A stretch of 63,244 bases of DNA, filler included, from Chiloscyllium plagiosum (taxonomy: Eukaryota), in NCBI RefSeq assembly GCF_004010195.1. It is 4 parts of one record of this genome, joined end to end, with 100 filler letters (N's around TTAATTAATTAA, not from the genome) between each part and the next. Parts side by side here need not be neighbours in the genome. Positions count along the whole stretch, not along the records: positions 22,772 to 49,597 come from NC_057716.1; 3 more parts are not named here. One strand, given 5' to 3'. The notes under the pieces were generated by a model. It worked only from the letters and a program-made list of their open reading frames with translations, did no database searches and had not been told where the DNA came from. Below, piece after piece: positions 24,991 to 38,490 of the stretch. The translations under genes were made by a program, and so were the position numbers. How positions within the stretch are numbered: position 1 is the stretch's first letter; every line of letters starts with the position of its first letter.

Positions 24991-26169
24991 GCTAGAGATA
25001 GGTTCTATTTGTGTGAAGCAAATTGACATAAATCAAACAGTTGTGCTTTGCAGCTCAATTTCTTTCTTTTAATCCATTGGATTGATTGGTTGGTTTATTT
25101 ATCCATTAGTAACAGTGCGCATTGTTAACATACTGTTAACACAATTCAATCCAGTCATTTGTTTAACATGCTCCAATTTCAGTACCATATTTCCAGCAGC
25201 AAGTTGCAATGTAATGTATAATGTTAATGTAATGATGCACACTTTACATGGGAGGGATGCGCCCAGTTTTCTAAGACACCTCTAAGCATAATTCTCCCTC
25301 TTAACTGTAAAAACATGCAAGTTCCCAAACATGTTGCCTTTTAGGATCGTGGGTTGTGCATGACTAGGCAAACGAAAATAAAGGTACTTGCATGAATAGA
25401 CTATGCTAAATAATACAATGTTAGCCATGCTGTAGATGTTCCTTGAGATAATTTTTGTGAAAGATTAAATGTTTGAGCTGTCAAGTCAGATAATGTCAAA
25501 CAGTCTCGAGTTGGAGAATCAGTTGGACTCTAGCATGGTCTTCTGAAAGAGGCACATCAAAGACAGCAATGCTTCTTAACAGTGCATCGGTTTGCAGTCT
25601 GATCCTATTAGATTAAAATGCTTCCTGAATACCAGGATTCTATGTTCCAAACATATAGCAAATATGTTGTATCAGTTTGTCAAGCAGTCAGGATTATTAG
25701 ATTAAGAACAAATGATTGGCCCTTGTATGTTGTTCAATGATATCATACATTTTTTTTATAAGCAAGGATTGAATATTTTTGTGTATTAAAACAACAGATA
25801 ATCTCTATGACTAAACTCAATCTTGAGCTGAGGTGCATAAAAATTACAATTTTAGATTTCCTTCTCATGTTGACTTTCCACAGGGAATAATGTTTTGATG
25901 CATGTTATTTTTAGGGCACATGCAATTCCTTGATCATGTTTCTTAAAATTAAAAAATTGACAATTTAGCATGAAAGTTTTCACTTTAATCTCAGATTTAG
26001 CATAATCTTTGCATTCTTTGCATATTACACAAGGTTGCTGTTTCACATTAACTGTAGGATCATGTGAGTTCTCATCCTTATGCCAAGGATCCACATAATT
26101 AATTGCTCTCAGTTCACATTAACCTTTAGTGCAATAGTCTGTAGATTGCTGATTCAAATTTTACCAATT

Positions 26170-27250
26170 GCAAACCTTATATCTGTAGAGATTTACAATG
26201 TGTTAATAACTTGGATCAATGGACTGACTGCATTGTTGTCAAATTTGTGAGAAAACAAAGAGCCTGCAATAGTTGTGTGAGTGGGCAAAGATTGTACAGG
26301 TTGAGTACAATGTGGGAAGTAATATATAAGGTTTTTGCATTGTCAAGATGGATTAAAAAAAAGCAGACGTATTCAAATGGAGAGGTAATACAGAGGGATC
26401 TGGGTGCCTTGTATATAAATCACAAAATGTCAAATAAAAGTACAAGTCATTCCAAAGACAAACAGAATTTTGATTCCAAGTGAATTGGAGTATGAAGGTA
26501 GAAAGGCTTGCTAAAACTGTGCAGAGTATTAATGAAGCCCCATTTAGAGTAATGTGTATAGCTTTGATCAAAGGAGGCTGAACAGAGTAGCTGCTGAGAT
26601 GAAGGGAAGTGATGGCCTAGTGGTAATATCAATGGGCTATTAATCCAGTGGTAATGTTTAGGGGAAATCTAATTAAATCTAACCACAGCAGTTGGTAGAA
26701 TTTGAATTCCATAAAAATCTGGAATTAAGTATCTAATGATGACCATGAATCAATTATCAGGACAATCTATCTGGTCCACTAATGTCCTTTTGGGAAGAGA
26801 ACTGCCATCCTTACCTGGTCTGGCCTAAATGGGAGTCCAGACCCACGGCAAGGTGGTTGACTTTTAATTGCCCTCTGGGCAATAAATGCTGCCCTAGCCA
26901 GTGATGCCCTCATCCCGTGAATGAATAAAATAAACTTTTTTCTCTCATTGGGGAGCCTAGAACAAGGATATAATTTAAAAATAAGGGCTCCACCAGTTAA
27001 AACAGAAATAAGGAAGAATTTCAACTGTTACAGTGTCCTTAGTGTTTTGAATTCTCTATCATAGAGAGCAGTGGAAGCCATTGAAATGTTAAACATCAAG
27101 TTTGAAAAATAACAAAATAGTCAAGGATCGTTATAAAGGTAGAAAAGTAGAATTAAGGCCACAGTCAGATCAGTCATGTCATCATTCAAGGGTGGAGCAG
27201 GCTTGAGAGACAGAATTGCCTACCCTGCTTTTATTTCAAACATTGTTATT
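26170..27250 (+). mobile_element. Old CR1 3' part, interrupted by a SINE
   Basis: IQRDLGALY-like fragment, gaagccccatttagagta, and gagcaggcttgagagacagaattgcctaccctgc tail. Confidence 0.6.
26603..26935 (+). mobile_element. tRNA-derived SINE (family X)
   Basis: tggcctagtggtaat head, gaatttgaattccataaaaatctggaatt core, tail gggcaataaatgctg...catcccgtgaatgaataaaa; three more copies in the window. Confidence 0.8.
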
Positions 27251-27691
27251 GCTATAGCCAGCACTTGCATTATAAAATCCATTAAAATTTCATCTATACT
27301 TTGATAGATCCTTCCAGCTAGTTGATTCAACTGTCAAGAATTACAAAGAGAGCAATGTCACAGGAATGCTGTCAGGTCAAATTTACCCTTCAAATAGTGT
27401 GTTATTCCAAAACCAACAAATCCCTCTGTTATCCATAGGTAAAAAATCCTCGATTACCTTATCTCGCACTGTCAGCATACAAACTGCAGCAATTAAAGTA
27501 AAAGGTCTGGTCCATCAATTGTAGAAATGAACTAACAATACGTACTGGCTCAAATTCTGATTTATCCTCATCATGGGAAAAAAAATTATGTTTTAATGTA
27601 ATCCATATATTTCCTCAGAATGCATTTCCACAACAACCTGGAGCAAAATTGTAAGTTTAAAATATTTGCAGCACTTTGTTAGTAATGCTCA

Positions 27692-28641
27692 TTGTAGTTG
27701 TTGTGGATATGTTTGCCGAGCTGGGACGTTGGTTTGCAGACATTTTGTCCCCTTTCTAGATGATGTCCTCAGTGCTGTGGAGCCACCTGTGAAGCGCTGC
27801 TGTACTGTCTCTCCGGGAATTTATTTAGTTTCATTCCCTTTGCTTCCGGTTGCCAGTTCCGATTGTTTGCTGCAGTGGTCAGTATATTGGGTCGGGGTCT
27901 ATGTGTTTATTGTTGGAATCCATGGATGAGTGCCATGGATCTAGAAATTCTTTGCCTGTCCTCTGTAAGGCTTATCCTATCATTGTTGTGTTGTCCCGGT
28001 CGAACTTTTGGTCCTTGTCATCTGTGTGTAAAGCTACTAAGGACAGTTGGTCATGGTGTTTAGTGGCAAGTTGATGTTCATGAATGTGGATCACTAGTTG
28101 TCTGCCTATTTTCCCTATATAGTGTTTTGTGCAGTCCCTGCAATGAATCTTGTACAACTTGCAGGGACTGCACAAAACACATTATATAGGACAAACAGGC
28201 AGGCAACTAGCAATCTGTATTCATGAACATCAAATAGTCACTAAAAGCCCCAACCAGCTGTCCCTAGTAGCTATACACACAGATAACAAGGACCACAAAT
28301 TTTACTGGGACAACACAACAATAATAGGATAAGCCAAACAGAAGACAGCCAGGGAATTTCTAGAAGCATGGCATTCAGCCATTGACTCCATCAATAAATA
28401 CACTGACTGAGACCAAATGTACTGATTATTGCAATGACCAACCGGAACCAACAACCAGGAGCAGCGGGAACAAAACCAAATAAATTCCAACTGACACTGG
28501 ACAGCAGCACTTCACGGGAGGCTCCATAGCACTAAAGATGTCACAAGGCGATGAAATGTTTGCAATTCAACCTCCCAGCTCGGCAAACATACCAACAACA
28601 ACTGCAAGCAGGAGATGAGCTACCAATCTTTACACAAATCT
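27692..28641. mobile_element. Head-to-head inverted Penelope/Poseidon-type 3' ends (GIY-YIG and pLTR), ~450-bp arms
   Basis: YKIHCRDCTKHYIG on - strand and HYIGQTGRQLAICIHEHQ on + strand; centre ~28144-28158; decayed CTGAGGA-type hammerheads at ~27738-27780 (-) and ~28530-28562 (+). Confidence 0.85.
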
Positions 28642-29944
28642 TAATGTCCAATGTAGAGATTATATTTATAATCATCAAAATGTGATCTAACTACCAAATC
28701 ACAGATGCTGAAGACAAAATATAAGATGATCCTTCCTTTATATTTATCAAGCTATAATTCATTTTCCTAAAATCAGAAGTTAATAGTAACTATCTTAATT
28801 CATTTTTCTGAAGTGCCCCCATAGTAGCATTCAGTTGTGTATTTTCATTAACATCATATTTGGTAATCAACCTCATTTATGTAAAAACATGAAGATAGGT
28901 TAATACATGTTGCTTTAATGAAGAGCCATACCACATTTTGACATTCATTCATTCAATTGTATTTAGAGGCATCATCAAACAAAATAGATTTTTGCAATTC
29001 TAAATAATACTCAATCTTAGGATACATACTTTAAATAAAGAAAGTCCTTGATTAAGGAAATTGAACAGTTCATGAGATTAAGCTGATTAAGCAATTACAT
29101 TCTTTCTGCACAAATTAGAATGAGATTCCAAATATTGGCCCGTTATTTTGACCAAGAAGATAAAAAATGATATAGCATAAGATGTGTACATTTTGTTTTG
29201 AACCTCATGGTTGGTTCAATCAAAATATAAAAATACAAATCTATCAACAAACTAATACCCTGTTAACTTGGGCTTTACAGCTACAAATCTGGGCTTGCAA
29301 GTGAGTTATCAATGTGAAAGATTTGGTATCTTGTACATTCAGAAAAAATAATGCACTAACATGGACTAACATACTTTAGAAGTATATTTATGACATCATG
29401 CCACAGGCGCAGATTAATTCAACATCAATTTATGTTCTAATTACTTCAGTGCAATTTTCATTTGCAAGTAAACATATTGAACTGATTAAATAACACTATT
29501 GTTTCCATTGTTGGTCTGAAAATTAGCCAAGCAAAAAATGGAAGATCACTTCAAGAATTTATATTTTTCACATGTGTAAGCCTTTGTAAATGATTGCTTA
29601 TTTTGATTTCATTGTGCTTTAATTAACAATTCAATAAGAACTATTTAAACAGCAAATAGCTTTGTGGATCAAAGCTGAAATATGCGCAAGGGGATTAATG
29701 AAATGAAATGCACTGTTGAATTGATCAGTTGAAGAAAATGAAAAACTGAAAAATAATACAAGTGTATATCAAAGAATTAAGTGTAACCTATGCAGATTCT
29801 AAAATCGTTGAACAAAGACATTAACCTGGAGTAAGATAAGAATAGAAAGATTACATAGAGCATAGAAGGAAAAAAGAGGTAGGGTGAAAGATTGATGAAG
29901 TGATGAAACATAGATTAAAGGTATTAACATGCAGAAAATAATTT

Positions 29945-30295
29945 CAATTTATATAATGCCTTTCACAATTGCAACATGCCCCAAAATGCCTTACAACTCA
30001 TGAAGTACTTTTGAAGTGTTGTCAATGTTACATTAAAGGGAAATGTGATAACCGGTATATCCATTGCATAATTCCAAAGGTGAATGGTGAGTCTCTGTGG
30101 TTTACATATATCTGTATTATCCAGGAAATCAGTGAGAAATCCCAAGTCCTCTTCTACATCCTCCTTGTAATTTTCTATCCAAAACAGAGCCCCTCCAAAG
30201 TTGCAGTGCTGTTTCAGTATTACATTGGAGTGTCAGACCAAATCATGTGCCCAAGTCTCGGGAGTAAGAATTGATCCTCAACCTGCTGAATCATT
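29945..30295 (-). mobile_element. DeuSINE (SacSINE1/AmnSINE1-like)
   Basis: Minus strand acacttcaaaagtacttcat...gtgaaaggcattatataaat tail and gagacttgggcac...ctgacactccaatgtaatactga body, matching my recollection of the DeuSINE consensus. Confidence 0.65.
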
Positions 30296-30404
30296 GGAAA
30301 GAATGCTAGGACTGACACAAAGGACTTTAGTACAACAATTAAAAAATCTATTTGAGCTATTTAAAACCAGGAGCAGATGGAGAAAGTTGAAAAAAGAAAT
30401 ACAC

Positions 30405-30620
30405 ACATTTATGTAGCAATTTTCACATACTCTAGATAGCCTAAAGTGCTCACTGACATTGAATAATTTTTGAAGTTTCTCGTTGCCTTTAAGTAGAAAA
30501 TGTAGCATCAAATGCACACATACACAGCAACCTCCCACAAACAGTAATGTGATGCAGGCCAGTCTTTTTTTTAGATAATAATTGAGAAATAACTGTTGGC
30601 CAGGATACTAGGACAAATAC
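30405..30620 (-). mobile_element. Second DeuSINE fragment
   Basis: Minus strand cacattactgtttgtgggaggttgctgtg (Deu-domain-like) and tail gctacataaatg. Confidence 0.55.
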
Positions 30621-31199
30621 TCTGAGCAAACAGAAACATAATAGGAAATTACAATATGGGCAAACATTTAATATTATATAATGGGAGCTAAGATCCTGGG
30701 GAAAAAAGTGTGTTTCCAGAAGTTGGGTCTGATATTCAAAGTTGCACTTAACTGCAGCATGATATGCTATGACATTTGAAAATTCTAAGGTCTAATCTAC
30801 ATTTAACACTCAAGTTTACAAGATCAGCATGGAGGTAGCTGATATTGGTTTATCTTGCAAGTCAGAGGAGGACCAAGATGATTAGCAGCAGCTCCACTAG
30901 GAACAGGTACAATAAGATCTGAGATGGTTATAGGCTGTTGCTCATAGAACTACAGTTCCTGCAAAACAGACTGTTTAGCTGAGCGCAGGAGGTCACACCC
31001 AGCATATAGCGTCAACAGACTGAGAATAAATGCCTTTACCCTGTTAGATCACCTCTGTCTTTGCAAATCCAATGTGTCAAATGGAGTCATAGCAAACCTT
31101 CAGGAACAAGACCTTTTACCAACTAGATTTTTTGTTCTTGTTTCAACATCTTCTGTCAAAGTCATCTCAATATTCATGCTCCTGGATTCTTCAGAGCTC

Positions 31200-32365
31200 T
31201 ATCACAGTCCCACTCAGTTCCTGATTTCATGACAGCATTGGTTCAAACATTGAAAATAGAGCTGAACCCATGGAGAAGGTGAGAATGATTAACTAAGTGT
31301 GGCTTCCAAGAGTCTGAACAATTTAGATTCAATGGAAATCAAGGGGAAATCTCTTCACTGGTTGGAGTAAATTATTCACATAGGAATATGATTGTTGGAG
31401 GTTAGTCATTTGCAACTCTCGGCCATCTCTTCAGGAGTTTCTCACAGTAGTGCCCTAGGCCGAACTATCTTCACTTGCTTCATCAGAACTTCCATCCATT
31501 GTAATAACAGAAATGGGAATGGTTATGATTGCATTTGTATCTCCTCAAAAACTGAAGCAGCCCATGTCCAAAAACAGCAAACCATAGAAAATATGCAGGT
31601 TTTGAGTTGTCACGTTTTGAGATACATTTGTAAGCCATACAAGAACCAGGCAATGACCATTTCCAGCAAGAGAGAATCTAGTAATCTTCCCTTGACATTC
31701 AATGGTATCACCATCACTGAATCCCCCAACATCAACATCCTGGGGGTTACCATTAACCAGAAACAGAACTGGACTAGCCATATAAATTTAGTGACTATAA
31801 AGCAAGTCAGTAGGTAGAAATCCTGTAGCAAGTAATTCACCTCCTGCTTCTTCAAAGTCTTTTCACATTTATAAGCCATATGTTATGAGTGTAATGGAAT
31901 TCTCTCCACTTGCCTGAATGAGTGCAGCTTCAAGAATATTCAAGAAACTTGAGACCATCCAGGACAAAGCATCACATTTGATTGACATCATATCCACTAA
32001 CATTTACTCTCTCCATCACTGATGCACAGTCACAGAAGTATATACCAGTGACAGAACACACTACCAAAATTCACCAAGGTCCCAAACTCACAACCTGGAA
32101 AGAGAAAATTAGCACTTACATGGGAAAACAGCACCAGCGGCAAGCTCCCCTCCAAGCCATTCACTGTCTTGACTTGGGACTATATCACTGTTCCTTCATT
32201 GTTGCTGGGTTAAAGTCCTGGAATCCTTTTGCTAACAGCGTTGTGGGTCTACTTATACCAAGTGATTCAAGCGGGCAGTTCATCACCCCTTCTTAAGGCA
32301 AATAAGGGTGAGCATTAAATGCTGCTTCTGCCTTTGAGACGCCATCTGATGAATAAATAAAAAAT
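31200..32365 (+). mobile_element. CR1/L2-group LINE 3' part sharing its tail with SINE family X
   Basis: SSGVSHSSALGRTIFTCFI and INILGVTINQKQNWTSHI RT fragments; tail gcattaaatgctg...gccatctgatgaataaataaaaa. Confidence 0.75.
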
Positions 32366-33289
32366 GTCACCCACCCACAAAAGGTATAAGAGATGCCTGA
32401 TGTTTTTGCTTTGCTAATGACTGCAATTTTGTCAACTTCACCTTTTATGATGTCAGTCAGTGTGAATATATGAACAACTTTTGGGTCTGATTTGGACTCA
32501 TAGGTACTGATGGAAATTGAGGCATTTTGATATCAGCTAGGAATACTTATTAATTAATCAACATCAGTTTGACATGCTACCATAAGTTGTTTTTTCCTAG
32601 GTAGTTGTCATGCAGATTTAGTCCTGCGGTGGTCCAGCCTATCCAACATCTTCATACTTGGAAATAGAGTCAGTAACGTTTTGTTCAGATATAAGGGATG
32701 TCTCTGAAACCAAAATAATTCATTTCAGATGCCTTGAATGAACTGGAAGTGGTTTCAATATCCACCCAATCAGGAGATCCAGAATGATTGAGGTATGATA
32801 CACTGTGGTCTACACAACATTGCAAAATAATTAAGTTTTGGACCCATGGGTGGACCAAAGCACAAGGCTACAGGGCATTCTCTGACAATTCAGAGGAGGA
32901 GCTAAGATTGAGTTGCTCTGTTTTGTATCTCCAAGGAATCCATCCATCATTACATCAAGGTAGTGGTATAGTGAAAGATCAAAATCCTGGATCACTTGTG
33001 GACTCAATTACACATTTTCTTTAAAAAGAACATACAGCTAAAATGACAATTACAGGCTTAAGTTCACTAACTTAAAAGGGAGAAAATCCACTGCAATCTG
33101 CATTGTAATTTCCTCAGACTATAAATGGGATGAGAGAAAAGGCAGCAGTCTGGGTGAGACGTGATTTATGTGTTATCTTCTCAAGAATACATAAGAACTG
33201 GGGTTAAAGCCCATTTCACCTTAGTCTATGCATTCAATTAATGAAAGCCTGAAAGTAAATTGAGATGCTCATGTAAAATCAATGAGCTG

Positions 33290-33385
33290 AACAAAGTTAA
33301 AAATCACACAGCACCAGATTATAGTCCAACAGGTTTAATTGGAAGCACTAGCTTTCAGAGCGCTGCTCCTTCATCAGGTAGTTGA
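33290..33385 (-). mobile_element. Penelope-type pLTR fragment with intact hammerhead core
   Basis: Minus strand tac-CTGATGA-aggagcagcgctct-GAAA-GC-TA-gtg; same family as 16507-16730. Confidence 0.8.
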
Positions 33386-33711
33386 ACCATAATAACTTGG
33401 AGAATCTCTACCAATGCATCATTTGCAAGATCTAATAACGACAAAACATTCACCACAGATAAGGACAGTGAAGTCATGCATGCCAGAGCTTTAGGGTCGA
33501 TGCCCCAAGGTGGTAATTGATTACTTGCATATGACTATCAAATCTCCAAAAGGCCAGTCAGAACATTTATCAACCATAAAGATTTTCACTTCCACACTAG
33601 ACAGCTGATTTAACATCACGAGCAGATATTGTAGGGATGTGCTCATTATCCCAAGAACAGTGTTATATGTTCAAGCATTTCCAGATTCCACTTTTTGACC
33701 AGTGTGAGCAC

Positions 33712-33947
33712 AGACTGAAGGGACTATTTCTGTGCTGTATGACTTTATGATTCTCAAGAGACACTTCTAAGAGCAATAGAGTTAGAAAGTCTGCTCTTAA
33801 TTCAATTAAAGATTTAAATTATACATGTAGCTCAAACTTTTTTTAAAAAATTAAAGCAGATAGTTCATCAATAAATTTCCTTACAAAGATCAACATTTCT
33901 GGAAGAATTCATTGTCAAACTCTATTAGCAATATATATTTCTCATAC
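33712..33947 (+). repeat. Direct copy of 34724-34956 (CR1 tail plus ~190 bp of flank)
   Basis: The two segments are colinear and highly similar by eye. Confidence 0.85.
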
Positions 33948-34339
33948 TCAGCCCATAGCATTAGCTAGAGATGCTAATGAGAAGTTCATTGACCGAATTT
34001 GAGAAGTTGTATATTGTGAACCATATAATCTTCAGATCCACCACTGAAAAGACCGCAAAGTCCAAAACTGCATCCAATTCAAGTTCATGCCAAAACCCTA
34101 TAGATTTGTGACAAGACTTCTTTTTTTCCTGTACTCAAGAGAACATTTAACCAATTAAATAACTGAAGCCCTTACAATATAGAATATAATGCTTAAGTAT
34201 CTAGCTCAATACGCATATTTTAGAATGTAGATTTCAATTTTAGGAATTTAAGTTTTAATTGTAGATTAATGCAAACATCTGATTGAGTGAACCTGAAGCA
34301 AATACAATTTGTAAAAATAATGTTAATTACAGTGTTTTA

Positions 34340-34764
34340 AAGAAAGGCTGGATTGGCTAAGACATTTTCACTGGAGCACAGAAGGTTAAGAGGTGATCTT
34401 ATAGAAGATTGTAAAATCATGAGGGGTATATATAGAGTTAATGATAGGTGTCTTTTCCCTAGGATGGGGGATTTCAAGACTAGGGTGCATATTTTTAAGG
34501 TGAGAGGAGAGAGATTTTTAAAAACATGCATAGGACCTTTTTTGTACTGAGAATGGTTCGCTTGTGGAATGAACTTCCTGAGAAAGTGGTGGATGTGGGC
34601 ACAACTACATCATTTAAAAGACATTTGGATAAGTACATGAATAGGAACGGTTTGGGGGGATATCGGCCAGGAGTAGGCAGGCAGAACTAGTTTAGTTTGG
34701 CATTGAGTCGGAGTGGACTGATTAGACTGAAGGGTCTGTTTCTGTGCTGTATGACTCTATGATT
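34340..34764 (+). mobile_element. CR1/HER1 3' end
   Basis: FSLEHRRLRGDLIEDCKIMRG; tgactctatga tail. Confidence 0.88.
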
Positions 34765-36064
34765 CTCAAGGGACACTTCTATCTAAGAGCAATAGAGTTA
34801 GAAAGTCTGCTCTTAATTAAATCAAACATTTAAATTATAAATGTAGCTCAAAAAAAAAATTAAACCAGATAGTTAATCAATAAATTTCCTTACAAGGGTC
34901 AACATTTCTGGGAGAAGTCATTGTAAAACTCTATTAGCAATATATATTACTTATACCGGGTACCAAATTGATGTAGCAAGGAAGGTGAGATGATTTGTTT
35001 ACAATTTGGTTTGAGTCAATCTAAAGAATATGCGACATTGTCAAGATGATGGGATGTGGGGGTGAAAGTTTCCTTTGGTTTAATTTCTGCGCATATATTT
35101 GTTGATAGAAATATGCAATTCAGTTCAATTCAGTTTAGTGTTATGGCTGAAAGACACTGGAGGGTTTGCTCTAGCTCGCAGCTAATGGAACATACAGTGG
35201 TCCTTAGAGCACCTTGTGATAGAAAGCAGTCCACCTCAACAAATTTAAAGACTATACAGATACTGTGGTATCAAACAGGGAAAAACATGTGCCCAAAGCC
35301 TCAACAGGGACTAAACTGTCCACAGCCACGAGGTCTCTAAGAAGGAACAGTGGCCAAAAACTACTGGAATGATCTCCTCACAATAACGATCAAAGAAATA
35401 GCTAAAATATTGAAAATAAATAAGTTATGTGCTAAAAGGTTTGGGCTTTCCTCAGAAAATATGCCTCTATCTTCAAGAGTTAGTAAGATAAGCAAACCTC
35501 CACTGCTGGTGGTTAGGTGTGGGGGTATGGGAGTAGGTGGAGGGAGAGTATAAAGTGGACCTGAATTGATAGCACGGTCTCACAAGCTATAGCGTTAAGC
35601 TCATGGTACTTGCTTTGTTTCACACACTTTATACATACAATAAAAGTTGTACTTGTTTTTAAAAAAAGATGAAATCTTACAGTGTGGTTCAGTTAGTTAA
35701 TGACTGAGTATTTGGACATTTTCTTTCAACATTCGTGTTCTCTAACTGGATAGCAATCATGCTTACAGAAAATATGCCCTGTGATAGAAGTGGTCAACAG
35801 GTAACAATAAAGAGATGGCATATTCTTATGACAAGCTCCCTTCTTCACAAGAATGAAAAATACGCATCTTATTTGGAATTTTGAATTACAAAGTTGGGTC
35901 TTTGAATGAAAGACTTGCAGAGCATGCATAATGTTTGATATGTGGTGGAAACAGTCGTTTTGATCCTTAATGAATAAGTTTTATTTCGTTTAGTCTTTGG
36001 AGCATTAGTGGTTGCTTAAGTAAATTCACATTCTAATCATTTATTTTCCACACTAGAAGACAAT

Positions 36065-36415
36065 AGCATAGTGACAATGTCTCTAGACTAGTAATCAAGA
36101 GGCCCAAGTTAATGTTCTGGGGCATCGATTCAAAGCCTACCATGAATGCAATTGGAAATTAAGACTAATACAAAATTCTTAAAGATCTCAATAATAGTGT
36201 TTAGGAAACTATTATTGATTGTCAGAAAATCCATCTGATTCACCAATGTCCTTTAGGGAAGGAAATAAGCTGTACTTACTCACAGCATGGTATACCTACT
36301 ACTTAGCAAGATGGTTGAATTTTAACTGCCATCTGAAATGGTCTATTTCAAGTGTAATTAGGAATTGGCAACAAATATTTGCCTTGCTAGTGATGCCCAT
36401 GACCCATGAAAGAGT
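36065..36415 (+). mobile_element. SINE family X, degenerate
   Basis: ccatctgattcaccaatgtcctttagggaaggaaat core; gccttgctagtgatgcccatgacccatgaa tail. Confidence 0.65.
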
Positions 36416-36489
36416 AAAGGGAAAAGCAGCAACTGAAAGCAATATTGTTGCACACAAAAGAGAAAAGTGAAAGACCAAAGACGGAATTG

Positions 36490-36872
36490 ACCTTATTGAA
36501 ATGCACAAGATTCTTAGAGGGCTTGACAGGTAGATGCAGACAGGTTGTTTCCCTTTGTGGGAAAGTCTACGACAAGAAGACATCATCTCAGAATATGGGA
36601 TCACACGTTTAAGACACAGATGAGGAAGAACTGCTCTCAGAGAATAATGAATCTGTGAAATTCCTTACTGCAGAGTGCTGTCAAGGCTGAGTCATTCAGT
36701 ATATTCAAGGCCAAAATAAACAGATGTTTAATCACTCAGGGAATCAAGGGTTTAGGGAAAAGGCAGGAAAGTGAAGTTAATGATTATCAGATCAGCCATG
36801 ATCGGATTGAATGGCAGATCAGTCTTGATGGGCTGAAGGACCTACTTCTTCTGCTATGCCTTATGGTCTTAG
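36490..36872 (+). mobile_element. CR1 3' end
   Basis: gaccttattgaaatgcacaagattcttagagggcttgacagg...cctacttcttctgctatgccttatggtctta. Confidence 0.8.
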
Positions 36873-37024
36873 TCTAACCTCTCTTCATAAGACTGTCCCT
36901 CCATATTCATGACCAACCGAGTGAAACTACTCTGGCCTACATTAAATCATAAATCAATATAATACATCAATAAAAATGACAATTAAGTTACCCAGTGACA
37001 TATAAAAGACATGAAAAATGCACT

Positions 37025-37120
37025 CAAAAAGTGTGGCACTAGAAAAGCACAGCCAGTCAGGCAGCATCCGAGGAGCAGGATAATTGATGTTTCGAGCATC
37101 TGCAGTCCTCACTTTCTCCA
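37025..37120. mobile_element. Small rearranged Penelope pLTR fragment
   Basis: Minus-strand pLTR piece up to gatgtttcg, fused to plus-strand agcatctgcagtcctcactttctcc. Confidence 0.6.
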
Positions 37121-38169
37121 CATAAAAGATGCAAGCAAACATCAAAAAGTGTAACATTGTTTTATGAAGCCAACACTTGAAAACCAAGTCACCAACTTTG
37201 TGCATAAAACTAATTTCTAAAAATGCATAAAAGATTAAGCAAGGTGCTCCTGATGTTGAGATTGATTTCTTGTCAGATCTGCCTCAAATGTCACAGGGTG
37301 GGAGATTAGGACAGAGAGACGCTCGCAGCTGAAGAGAACAAGGGAGTGGCTTTCAGTGACCACTCTAGTCATTACAATGTTTAGGTCAGTTACATAATTA
37401 AATTCATTTCAAGATGTTATTCAATGGTCCATCGATTAATGGGTGAGTTGCATTTCTTAACCACAATGAGAAGCCTAAGTATGTTAAATAATAAACTTAT
37501 GTTTAAAGCAAGGTGATAGAACAATGTAATAATGTTTATTAAAATATGAAATTTAAAACACAGATTTAGAACTGAAGAAACATCGACTCAAAGAATTATC
37601 ACATGAAAAGGATACCATATGGCACTGATTGTTGCTGTAATAATCTCTGCAAGAACAAAAATGTCATCTGTCTTTTCCATGCAGTCTTGCAAATTTTTTC
37701 TCTTCTGAAAATGACACAAATCTATCTTTTATTTAAATATGAGTGAAGCTGCATCTACCACAGTCTCAGACACTGTATTCCAGACCCTAACCATTCACTG
37801 CATGTACACATTTTATCCCTCATGCCAATCACATTCAACTGATGTTCTCAGAAGTTCTGCAGAACTTCTTCAACTCAGTCTGGATGACATAGAGCGACCA
37901 CTGTCATTAACTGATACAAACAGCTATGACAACTTATTCCCAGCTTCTGGTACTATACTCTGTCCCAGGATTCCCTACCACGTGAATAATCTGTACCGTT
38001 TCACTTGACTTTGGACTGCTACTGACATGTTCAGATGGCTCTACACACTTTCATATAGTTTCAACCATTTTTGTCTTCCTGAAATTAGCTTTTATATTTA
38101 CTGAATATTCAAATGGGTAAGCTGTTTGATACAATCTGATAGAATTTGCAGCCAGAAACATCATGTTTT

Positions 38170-38490
38170 ATTGCATCTGTTTCAATACCACAAAATAGAT
38201 GACATACATACTCTGGTTCATTTCTCAGGGCAACATCTGGACCAGTTGGAGTTGATCTGCTTTGTTTAAAAATTAACCAAAGCTTAACAGTTACCTATCT
38301 ATTATCAATAACTAGTGCATTCTACATGGCAAGCCTGTCAACTGATCAGCACCATTTTCCAACCAATCAGCCTCCTCTTTTCATACAGTATAAATTTTCT
38401 TTCCTCTTTGTTTCAGTATTTCTTGTAAATTTTCCGATTGAATGCAACACAAAAAGCTTTGATAATTGTGCCTTTTATCAGAAATAATCA
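38170..38490 (+). mobile_element. Possible old Penelope-derived repeat with decayed hammerhead
   Basis: ccgattgaatgcaacacaaaaagcttt resembles a decayed CTGATGA...GAAAAGCTT motif; weak. Confidence 0.3.
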
